A stretch of DNA of 64,000 nt from Lama guanicoe (lineage: Eukaryota). The notes below the pieces were generated by a model that was not told the origin of the DNA, ran no database searches, and was given only the letters and a program-made list of their open reading frames with translations. The DNA lies in NCBI GenBank assembly GCA_013239625.1, contig MU053629.1, positions 4,739,567 through 4,803,566 of the forward strand. Reading direction: 5' to 3'. Positions 27,471-38,420 of this stretch are shown here, piece by piece; positions within the stretch are counted from its first letter, which is position 1; every line of letters starts with the position of its first letter. Made by a program: the position numbers and the translations under genes.

Positions 27471-30238
27471 GTATCTGTAGAAATACATGTATTTCTCTCT
27501 CCAAATCAACATATTCATACTGTGTTATCTTTAAATAAATATCCTTATGGCAAAGCCAATGAGGGCAGCTGATAAAAAAGATTCGCTGATCTGTCCCCCT
27601 CCCCACCAGGGAGCATGTTGCGGCCCAGTTGTAGACCAGAGCAATTCATCTATCCCATGTCTTGACTGCAGAGAAGCGGGGCGGACCCAGGACGGAGTCT
27701 GGGCTCCCCTGGGTTAGTGGGAGGCAAACCAGCTCCTGCTCGAGGTGGGGACGGTATTGCCTAGAACAGTGATCGAAAGATCAAGGGACCACGTACGTTG
27801 ATGGGTTGAGTTGATCTGAAGTTGCCAGCAAGATGATGGAAAGAAAAAATCGAAAGTTATAAGACTGTCCTGCACATGCTGGACCTTTTGGCTGCAGGCA
27901 AAGTCCCCTTAATTGTTAGGAGAAAAGGATTTAAGTTTCAAGGATAATTAGTTTTTCTTGTAAGGGTGGTAGGGTTGGAGTAAACCTTTTATTTTCCAAT
28001 GTGGGGACTTGAGAACACTTACACTCTCAGGGGTTAAATCTGTCTTTAGGGCTACCAGGACTTGAAAAATGTTACCTTGTATCAAGAAAACCAGAAGTGA
28101 CAAGTTCATTTAAAAAGCCTGGTTTGTCATTGTTTATCTAATTTTCAGAGTTGACACAGAAAATTAGACCAGCTGACACTCACTCGCTGACCGCCTCCCC
28201 GGCTCATTTCCCTGGGCCTTTCCTTCCTGACCTTTGCAAGCGCAAGATGCTCCAAACCCCAAAATGTAAAACTTCCCACCGAGTTTCCAAGTCGCCCTGC
28301 AGTCATTCCCAGATCCTGTCATAGGATGTCATCCCTTAATGTTATTATAAAAACAAGACGAGGTTATAAATCTGCTCTGTGAGGTATTTCTTTTTTCCTT
28401 CCGCTTTGACCATAAATCTTAGAAGTAATCAAACTCTCTCCAAAGGAAGCCAAGATAAACTTGGGCCCTAAGTGGCCTCATCCGTCTTTGCTGAATTCGG
28501 AGGATCTGAAGGTGTGTCTGCCTCATGACATCACGCGATGCTGCAGACAGGCGGCCGGCGGAGCGCGAGCTCTCACCGTGTTTAACATGGACGCTGCAAA
28601 ACTCAAAAGGGCAGCAAGTGTTCTATTCACCACCTTCCATGAATGAGCTACTCCGTAAGGAAATGATTCAGATAACTGAGCCTTATTCTTTCTCAAATCA
28701 AAACGTTAAAAAAAGATCACAGATTAAAGGTCTTAAACGTATTATATACGCCCCCATCCTCTTAAACAGATGACACGCATCAGCATTTGGCGTTTTAGAA
28801 AATTTCCTTCCAAGCTATTTATTGTCTTGAATAAAGGCTTGAGGGACTAGCTAACAGTGAAGTGTTCAAGTTGTGGTTTAGCTTCCAGATTGCTAGTCTT
28901 AGGTGAGGGTGTCAAATTACGGTGCCCTGTAGTTACGCACAGTGCTTACGGGGGAAACACACTGCCTCATAATGTTGCCTGTAAGTGCCCGAGTCTGAAA
29001 CCACGTGACCACTTTGCTCTTGACTCAATAATCAGAGGAGACTTGAAATTGTTGAAGTTTTGGTATTTTGCTGAAGGAACCAAATAAGCCATGAATGCGC
29101 CAAGACGAGCCCTGAGGCTCCAAAACCCAGATTCAAAGCCAGACGCGTAGACGCCTCACAGTGCATCCCGTATTGGATTTGATTGAATTGAAGTCTCCTT
29201 ATAAATTGGAGTAGAACTAGCAGAAGCAGCAGGCTTGGAACTAAATAACTTTGTCCTTTGGTTTCATGAGGCTCTGCAGGGAGGGCCTTTGCTAGCTAAT
29301 TTGTAACCAGGTGGCGTGTGTGCCCCCTTAGTCATTCATCGGGTGCACGACCAGCCGACGCGGCCTCAGAAAACACAGGCCACACCGCTCACCACCACAG
29401 AAAACTCATTTCTGGCTTCTGTACGCTTTAATTTTCTTCAACATTGCCTTGCAAACCACAGTAAATCAATAACTGAATAGTTAAGTACCACAGTTCTTTG
29501 TGTTTTGTTTTAGAAAATATTGCTCAGGGCTAAAAGTAGGCTCTGGTGATGATTTTTATTTGTGGCTGGGATACAGAATGATCAGAATTTTCAAATGGTT
29601 TGCTTCCTTTTTGTGGATTTCCTGTAGGAAAAAAAAAAAGAGGAGGGGGCAGTTTCAGATGGAAAATGGTCGCTGATAGCAGAAACTCGGGTCACTGGTT
29701 GTTCTCAGTCCTGCATTTTATAGACCAGTCCTGGTAGCTTTGGCCTTTAGTATGCTTTTATTTCAAATTTTCCAAAAGGGCTGCCCCAGCCGGCCCCCTG
29801 AGCTCCCCCACACTCACCCCGACAGTAGCCCTTTCTACTGAATTGAGTGAGGCTCAGATTTCTGGGGTATCGTAGCTGGAAACACAGTTAAAGTTATTTA
29901 CCCAAAAGTTCGACATCTGGTGTCTTTAGCAGCTTTTCCTTGGTGTCTTTTGTTGATCATCAAAAAAAACTCTACTTTAGCTTCATTCTTTGTGTGAATG
30001 GTTGTTTCTCCTTGTTACGAAACTAGAAAAGCTGTTACTAAGATTTTAAGAGGTAGCAGCCCTTAATTGGATGCTTCTTGAAACGAGAAGGGGCAATGGA
30101 TATGCAGTGTTTTGAAAAGTTAGAAGTGTGATACCAGGGCTGGAAACCTGTGACTCAGCTGCCAGCATGAGGATTTGTCAGTGCTCATTGGCACCTTCCA
30201 GTTGCCACCATTGTCACCTTTCCCACTGCCCCCACTGT

Positions 30239-30340
30239 CACACACACACTCACACACTCACACACACACTCTCACACACACACACACTCACACTCTCACA
30301 CACACACACACTCACACACACACACACTCACTGACTCACT
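30239..30340. repeat. Compound (CA)n/(CACT) microsatellite
   Basis: About 95 bp of CA units interrupted by CT. Confidence 0.92.
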
Positions 30341-30399
30341 GTGTCTGCTGACAAGTCATCACTCTGCATGTTCAGCTACGTTGGCCTCATATCATTCAT

Positions 30400-31990
30400 C
30401 TGGTATACCCGTGTTATTTAAAATTTTTGCTAGATTTGTAGTTACATATCCTTTTTTTCATTCCTAATGATGTTTGCTTTTGTCCTCTCTTTACTGATTT
30501 TGTCAGAGGTTAGTTCTTCTTTACTAATCTTCTTCAAGGACCAGTATTTTATTGATTTGACCATCTCTTTGCTATCTTTCTATTTGATTCCTTGGTGTTC
30601 ATTTTTTTTTCAGTTTTCTGTTTTCTTTGGATTTACTTTTTGTTCTGTTTATAACTTGTCGAATCGAACATCTAACTCGTAAATTTCCAGGTTTTTTTTT
30701 TTCCTGAATGTAGCCATATAAAACTATAAATTGCCCTCTAAGTACTGCTTTAGCTGCATCCCTCAGATATTTACATGCAGTATTTTCCTCGTCCTCAGTC
30801 CCAAGTAATTTCCAATTTCAGTTAGGATTTCTTTTTTGACCCATGAATGCTTTAGGAGTATTTTTTTATTTGATGTTTATAACTTGTCGAATCGAACATC
30901 TAACTCGTAAATTTCCAGGTTTTTTTTTTCCTGAATGTAGCCATATAAAACTATAAATTGCCCTCTAAGTACTGCTTTAGCTGCATCCCTCAGATATTTA
31001 CATGCAGTATTTTCCTCGTCCTCAGTCCCAAGTAATTTCCAATTTCAGTTAGGATTTCTTTTTTGACCCATGAATGCTTTAGGAGTATTTTTTTATTTGC
31101 AAATACTCAGAGACGTTTTGTTATCTTGAATCATCTACTTTCCATGCATTGTGGTCAGAGAACGTGGTTGGGATAATGTCAGATCTTTATTATTTGCTGC
31201 GACTGCTCTGCTGCACCGTGGAGGTTTTTTTCAATGTTCTCTCTTTGCCTGAAAGGAATGTGATTCTCTAATTGTTGAATGCAGTGTCATCTTTACATCC
31301 TTTAGGTCAGATTTGTTCATTGTATTATTTAAGTCTTTCGTGGCCTTACTAGTTTTTTATCTGCTTTATCTATTCAATTTCTGGACGAGCTGTGTTAAAG
31401 CTCCTACTGTTAGAATCTGTGGCTTTATTTCTCCTTGCAGTTTTGTCATTATTTGCTTTAAGGTGGTGATGTCAGGGGCCTATATCAAAATGTTACGTCT
31501 TCACTTAACAATGTTTCTTTTATTTGTATGTAATGACTCTCTGTATACATTTTGCTTTAAATTTTATTTTTGTCTGATATTAATATACCCACGCTATCTT
31601 CTTCTGGTCAGTATTTGTCTGCCATGTGTTTTCCAACCCCTTTGTTTTCACCATTTCTGTGTTCTTTTGTTTTAAATGAATCTCTGCATTTTGCTATTGA
31701 TGTTTTTAATTTTATGTAAGACTCTTTTAATTGATCACTTTAATCATCTCTCTTTATTGCTTGTTGATATACTTGAATTCTTTCCCACTATCCTGTTTTA
31801 TACTTTTTCTCTACAGTAATTTTTTGACTTTTTTTCTCCTTTCTTCACTCTATTAGATTAATTTTCTTACCTTTTATCCTTTCCATTGGTTTAGAAATTA
31901 TGTTCTATTTCAAGCCTCTATTGGTTATCCCTAAGTTTCTAACTTAATTTAGCAAAGCCTAAGGTTAATCACTAAATATACCCCTCTCCC
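30400..31990 (-). mobile_element. Ancient L1 internal (ORF2 5' region) fragment
   Basis: T-rich, with ctataaattgccctctaagtactgctttagctgcatcc and gcattgtggtcagagaacgtgg, typical of antisense L1M. Confidence 0.75.
30646..31099. repeat. Near-perfect tandem duplication, 227 bp + 226 bp
   Basis: 30646-30872 and 30874-31099 are identical except T11 versus T10. One A lies between them. Confidence 0.95.
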
Positions 31991-32027
31991 CAGCAATACG
32001 CAGCCTTAGGTTCAATCTCTTACCCTT

Positions 32028-32625
32028 ATATTAGGTAGAACTGGCTTCAGCTGCATATGATGAAAGCAAATAGCAGCTTAAATATGCAGAATAGATAAAG
32101 AAGATTATACTGTATCGCACAGGGAAATATATACAAGATCTTGTGGTGGCTCACAGTGAAAAAAATGTGACAATGAATGTATATATGTTCACGTATAACT
32201 GAAAAATTGTGCTCTACACTGGAAATTGACACAACATTGTAAAATGACTATAACTCAATAAAAAAAAAAAGTTTAAAAAGCAGCTTAAATAAGACAGCAG
32301 GGTATTTCCCACACATGTAAAGGAAGGCAGGGAGTAGGGTATGCAGACCAGCTGGCAGCTTCTTCTATCTTTACAGCCAAGGGGCATTGAGCTCCAGCCA
32401 GCAGGAATGAAGAAGGGTGGTGGAAACACCCCTTCGTTTGAGGACAGTTCTAGGATTGGCACACAGCATATGTGCTCATATGGCATTGGCCAAACCTAGC
32501 TGCAAGGGAGGCTGGGCACATGGCTGCTTTGCTGGGTGACACTGCTCCTTGTTAAAATGAGGATTCGAATCACTCAGGAGGAAGGGGGAGTGGATACTGA
32601 GAGGCAGCTAGCAGCCTCTGCCACA
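32028..32625. mobile_element. MaLR MLT1-family solo LTR, interrupted by a young L1
   Basis: ttcagctgcat...gcttaaataaga start, cctagctgcaagggaggctggg, and the end gtggatactgagaggcagctagcagcctctgccaca. Confidence 0.65.
32085..32278 (+). mobile_element. Young L1 3'UTR fragment with poly(A) and 13-bp TSD
   Basis: Similar to the reverse complement of 19358-19560. TSD AGCAGCTTAAATA at 32072-32084 and 32279-32291. Confidence 0.9.
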
Positions 32626-32899
32626 GCCTCTCTCCCCCAGACAGAAGGACCCTACAAGCGTCTGATCAGTCTCTTCCTCTGTCACATCATCAGAGCCTAG
32701 GACCTCACTGTCATCTTGTTTCTAGATCTTCCCACTTAGCCATTTCTCTTGTTGGCATTTTATATAATCAGGGCCTGCTGCAATTTATCCACATATTTAC
32801 CAGTTACGTGCTCCTCATTCCTGTCCGATCTTTCTTCCTCCTGCTATGGTTTCTCTTCCTTTTGGAGGTACGTTGAGAGTTCTGTCAGTGAGGGTAAAA

Positions 32900-33750
32900 C
32901 TGTCTGAGTTTGTGTCCCAGGATTCGCCCTAACTCTTGCTTCTTATTTAAATTGCATTGAGAAGCTCAGACTGACAGCTTTTCCCAGGGCCTGGCAGATA
33001 CTCCGTTGTCCTCTGGCTTCTCCACTTGCTGGTGAGAATCTGCTGGCTGTCCAGCCGCTGCCCTTTCTGGGCAATTTGTCTTTCTCTCTAGTTGCTTGTA
33101 GCATCTCTGTTCCTGGTTTTGTGCAGTTTCCCCACAATTTGTCTGGGTGTAGGTTTTGTTTTACTTATTCTCTTTGGGGTCATTGTGACTTTTGAATCTG
33201 AAAATTCATGTCTTTCACCAGTTCTCAGAACTTTCAGCTGTTTGCCTCTTTGGATATTGTCCCTACCCTGCTGGGTCTGGGCACTTCCCGTTCTTTCCTC
33301 CTTTTCTCTTTCACATTAAAAAAAATTTTTGTCTTATTTTATTTTTTGTTTTGTTTTGTTAGTTTATCTCTTGCTACTTCGTACTGCTCTGGGTAATTTT
33401 CTCAGGCCATTCTTCCAGCTTGCTAAGCCTCTCCTCAGCTGTGTCCAACCTGCTGTCTGCCTCTTGTATGAAGAGTTTCTTTTGTTTTTTTCCAGTCACT
33501 ATATGTGTTATTTTTGTAAGGCGTATTTGATTTTTTTTTCAAATCTCTGTTCTCTTTGTCATAATATCTCATTCTTAGTGTTTCAGTTTCTTCTTTTGTA
33601 TCTTCAGTCTTTTCAAGTGTACTTTTTAAAACATTTTCTTCCCAATTATTTTTCTGTTATCTCAGTTCTGAGAGCTCTCATCTGTGTGTCATGGCTGCTG
33701 ACTCTTGTCCATGGTGAATTGTTTCCTCACATTTTGGAATTTCTATTTTA
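32900..33750 (-). mobile_element. Ancient L1 ORF1-region fragment
   Basis: Minus translation EMLQATREKDKLPRKG...SRFSPASGEARGQ resembles L1 ORF1p KILKAAREK...KG...DFS.ET..ARRQW. Confidence 0.65.
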
Positions 33751-36700
33751 AGCTTATGCTAGGTGGGGCTTATTACCAAGGCAACAGCTGAATTCCAGAA
33801 GTGTTGCCCCGGAGTGGTTTTTCACAGGCTCCTGAGACACGCTCCAGACTGTTGCTGGATCAGCATCAATGTTACGCTAGTTTGTGGCCTTTCATCCTCA
33901 TCCTGCCACAGTGGTCCAGGGGACCCCACCGTGCACGAGGCTCAGCCTGCTCTCTGTATTTTGGGGTGGCCCTCTCAGAGCCACCTTACACAGCAGCCCC
34001 TCTGCTGATGGGCAGACTTTTGCTCACTCACTCCCACTGCAGCTTCAGCCTTGCTCAGGGTCCCAGGCCAGCTCCCCAGGTGGGCCTTGCATCCTGCTTC
34101 CACTTAATTCTTCACACTTCCCACGTCTTACATTCCTGGGACCGACAGCCTCCCTCAGGGCACAAGATCTCCACTCACACATTTCTACTTCTGGTTTTCA
34201 GCTCCCTCTTCATTTTTGGCACTTGTAGATCTCCTTCTTTCTTACGAGTTCATTTATTATGCTTTTTTCAAAAAAGTTCCATTTTATCTGGCATGGCTCG
34301 GAGTTTGTCGCGGGGAGGGCTTTTAGGCTGTCTCAGTCTCTTGTCATCTCTTCATTCACTCGCTGTCGGAATTACTCCATCCTGTTATGTTCAGCAAACC
34401 TACTGAGCGCCCACTATGTGGCCAGAAACTGCTGGGGCTCGCCGTCTCTTCCCTCCCCTTCTGCACACTCACATGCCCACATGTGCGTGCACACACATGC
34501 ACCTACACACACAGCCCAGGTCTCAGAGTTTAAGAAAGGAAGAGGAAGAAAAAAGAGGGCAGAGAGAATCCATCCTTCTGAGCATTGTGTCTTTAAACCT
34601 TCACCACCCCGTAACCATCACACCAAAGGATAAATTGTGAATATTCAAATGCCTATAACTGGCCCCCGTATTCACTGCTTGGACCTGCTGCAGATTCGGC
34701 CTCTCGGACAGGAGTCCTCAGCATTATTGGAGCAAGGCCCCCACTCTCCTTCTGGCACCCTCACATCCTGACTTGCCTGGGTGTCTGCTCAGTCCCAGGC
34801 TGCTGCCTGCCCACCCCACCAGTCCCATCTGAGTCCCCTACAAGGCAGCCACCACAGGCCCCCTAACAGGGCTGGTGGCACCGTTCAGCCACTCACATGA
34901 GTCAGCTCCTCCGACACACACTCATGAGTGCTGGCGTCCCAGTGTTTACCCTCTTCACGGTGGCCACTGAAATCATCCTGTGCCCCCTCCCCGCCCCCCA
35001 CTGCTCCGGGCCTGTGGCTGCCTTGTACACACGGGCCGCAGAATGACTCACAGAGACCTCTGCTCTCCCGATGGGCCATTTTCTGACCAATTACTCTGTG
35101 TCGGAGCACATAGATCTGCCCAGATGAAAGGGAGAGAGCTCCTTGACCCCCACAGATGCCTGTGTACCGTCTAGGATGGCTAGAGGTAAGCAATTCGCTG
35201 CTAATAATTGAATATTTGGGACAAAACATCTATTTCGGTAGCCATTGTGCAGAATAAACTCAGGAAGGTTGATTGAAATGGCATGTCACAGCTGCAAACC
35301 GTTTCTGAGGTCTTAAAAAGAAAATGAATGAAGGGCTGGAAGGGGGCCCCGACCCCCAGCCATGGAAAAGCCTTAGGAATCAGAGGCTGAGCAGGCACAT
35401 TTTCCAAACAAACGTGGTGCCCCAGAAAGCTTTGCATCTGGGGCATCGGCCCAGGTGAGCCGGGCTGGGCAGGTGGGCAGATGCCACGCTGGCTCACAGG
35501 CCACGCTCCACGCCCACATCTCACGGCAGCTCCCCCAGGTGCATTCTGTGTGGAGGAGTAACAGCCATCACTCACGCCCAGCTTGTGTCTGCCGACAGGC
35601 AATCCCCCAACCCACCCAGGAGGCAGAGCGAGCAAGGGTATTCGGTGGGAGCGGGGAGGCCAGCAAGCAACCTCCCCGCGTTCAAAACCAGCTGAGAAGC
35701 TGAGCGAGAAGCCTCAGGACATGACGGAGAGGAAGCGTCAGCTTTACTTCGACGAAATCTGAGTTGAAGGGTGTGCTTAGGGGTGTGGCCTGACGGGCCT
35801 TGCTGGGACTTGATCTCAGAGCCGGGAGGTGAGCAGCCTCCCTGCGGGAACGCGCTCCCAGCGTGGCCACTCCCCGCCGGGGGCGGGGCTTAGACGCGAA
35901 ATGACGGCGTGAGTCCCTCCCCGGGGAAGGATGGAGCCGGGGAGTCGGGGTTCCCCTCTAGCCCTTCCCAAGCCCTCACAACTCCCGGGATGGCGAGGGA
36001 AGGCTTGCTGACTCAGTCCGGGGCTCCTCACCCCACACTGGGGCAGGTGGAAGGATTGCTGTGGAGGGGCCTCGCTTCTCCCTGTAGAGCCACCCTGGGG
36101 GGCTCCCCTGCAGCCTCAACCCCAGCCCCCTCCTTCCCTGACTCCCCGTTGATTAGCCCAGGGGAGCCCAGCCTGGAAGGAAGAGCCGACCCCAGGGACG
36201 GTCGTGACTTACTAGCTCGTGTGATTAATAGGACGGCTGCCCACTGCCCCGCCACTTGTCAGCAGCTTGGCACACACTGGACACCTGTGCGTCCTTCTCT
36301 ACATTATTTAACTTCTCTGATCCGATGTTCTCTCCGGGGTAGGTAGGGATTAGATGGGTAGTATGGAAACTTTTGCAGTGGAATGCTTTTTACATAAAAT
36401 GGATACAGAAACTCAACATAGCGGAGGGAAGTGGGGATTTTTTTTAGCATGAATGTGGTAGTATTCGTTGTAGACACTTCTTTATAAAGGCATCCGTGAG
36501 ACTTCTCTTGAAGGACACACAAATCTGGGAGCCGGCGTCATAGGTGATGGACACAGTCTGATACCCGCACCAGCGTTCTGCTTCTCTGTGATGCCGTCTC
36601 AGGAGCCCCGTAGCAAAGAAATCCTGACTCACCTGCTTGCCTTCTCAGCTTAGGCATTTGTTAAACTCATATAGAAGCTTGAAAAAGGAAGAGCAGGAAA

Positions 36701-38264
36701 GATATGGTAGAGTTTCGTTGCTGGCAGCAGTAGTGGCTGTTTATGACTTGCTTATGGTAAATCAGGAGGTCAGACAAGAGAGACTCCAAGCTGACGCCAC
36801 TGGACACTCCAGAGCGGGCCTGACCCACACCCCCGGCTGGGCAGACACACATGCGCTGTGGGCTCAGTGCACCCGGCCCCGGTGTGGTACGCACAGTTTT
36901 ATAGCTACGTGCAATGTGCGTGGACATCACAGCCTTGCATTCTGTCAGATGCCCAGCGCACCACCACAGTCTTCCCAGGGGCCAGCTCGGGGATAAGCAA
37001 GTCAGTCATTCCCAGAGATCTCACAAGCAGGCTGACTGTTCTAAGGGCTGCAGAAAACTGGTTAACATCACAATGCCGGGCGACACGTGGCCACTGTTCA
37101 GTGTCACATTTAGAGTTGAACACAGTTGAGTGTATAGGTTCTTTTTTAATTAGTTTTTTTTAACAAGTATAGCTTAAAATATCTTAATAATTTGAGTCAA
37201 ACATCTGTAGAAGCCCCAACACACCTCACACCTTACAGCCCTGCTGGTCTCTGGGGTCCCATCCAATCCTGCCAAGCCTACACTATTGCCGAGAGAGGAA
37301 CAAAGTGTTACCCCTGCCACGAAGGCTGGACCCCCAAAGGGACACAGAGAGCCTTCGAGTAAGGCTCCCAGGCCCAGCGCGGGAAGGCGAAGTGATGGGC
37401 AGTGCGTGGGCATCGGGCCCTCTGGCCTCTCAGGTGCCTCTTGCCTTGCCTCGGACGTCTGCTGATGGCGGGCCTGGCCCTGCTCCTCACTGGGGTGCCT
37501 GCTGGTCTCTGCTTGGTTTTGATTTGGCCAGGGTGCAGCTGGGCTGGGCTTTCTTGCTTCAGTGGACTCGTGGGTCCTTGGCATTCTGTCCCCTGAAGCA
37601 TCCTTGGTGGGAGAGGAGGTGCCTGGTGACTGGAGCTCGTCCTGAGGGAGGGGAGTCCTGTGGTCCAGAGAGGCCCCCGAGGAGCCTAGAGCGGCCTCCG
37701 CTCGTGGAGCCTTCTCTCCGGGCCCACCCACCCCAACCTGCAGTGCATCTCTCCTGGGAAGCACCGTAACCTACCCATCCATCCAACCAACTTCCCCTGG
37801 TGGTTCCTCTGTGATTAGCACTGCCCTGCCCTCAGGTGGCTCCCAGTCTCGTGCAAGGATAAGAAGGACTCAGATGATGCTAAGATGGCAGAACAAGAGT
37901 GTGCTCTTGTTTGGACGGCTCTGTTCTGGGAGAGATGGCACCTGCTGGAAGGAGATGTGGAGAAAGGCCCCGCCGAGCAGATCCTGGGTTTGGGGTGCAG
38001 TGTGCTGCCTGCCGGGCATCCTATTTCTCATTGTTTTTTCCCTCCCTTATCTCTAGGGTATGTAGTCTCTGTAGCCCTGGAAATTTCTCCCTCCACTTTC
38101 CTGTGCTTCTTTAGATTCTAGACCCACTGAAAACCAGGGAAGCTGGGGCTATTGGCTGCCTGCTTCTGCGGCTCTGAGGGTCAGCTGTCCTGCGGGGTGA
38201 ACGCCACCATCCTCCGGCCCTGGCGCTGGTGAAGCCGGACAGAATAGCAGCTGAGGGCTTGGGC

Positions 38265-38420
38265 TCTGGAGAAAACGCCACGTTCAGGCACTGCAGTCCT
38301 GGACAGATTCCTTCATCTTTCTGTGCCTTTAGCTTCCTCCTCTATAAAATGGGTGCGATATAATTCTTAATAGAGTTGATGAGTATTAAATAAATTACTT
38401 GATTTAGCAGTACCTGGCAC
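38265..38420 (+). mobile_element. MIR SINE
   Basis: ctgtgcctttagcttcctcctctataaaatgggtg...ttagcagtacctggcaca. Confidence 0.7.
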
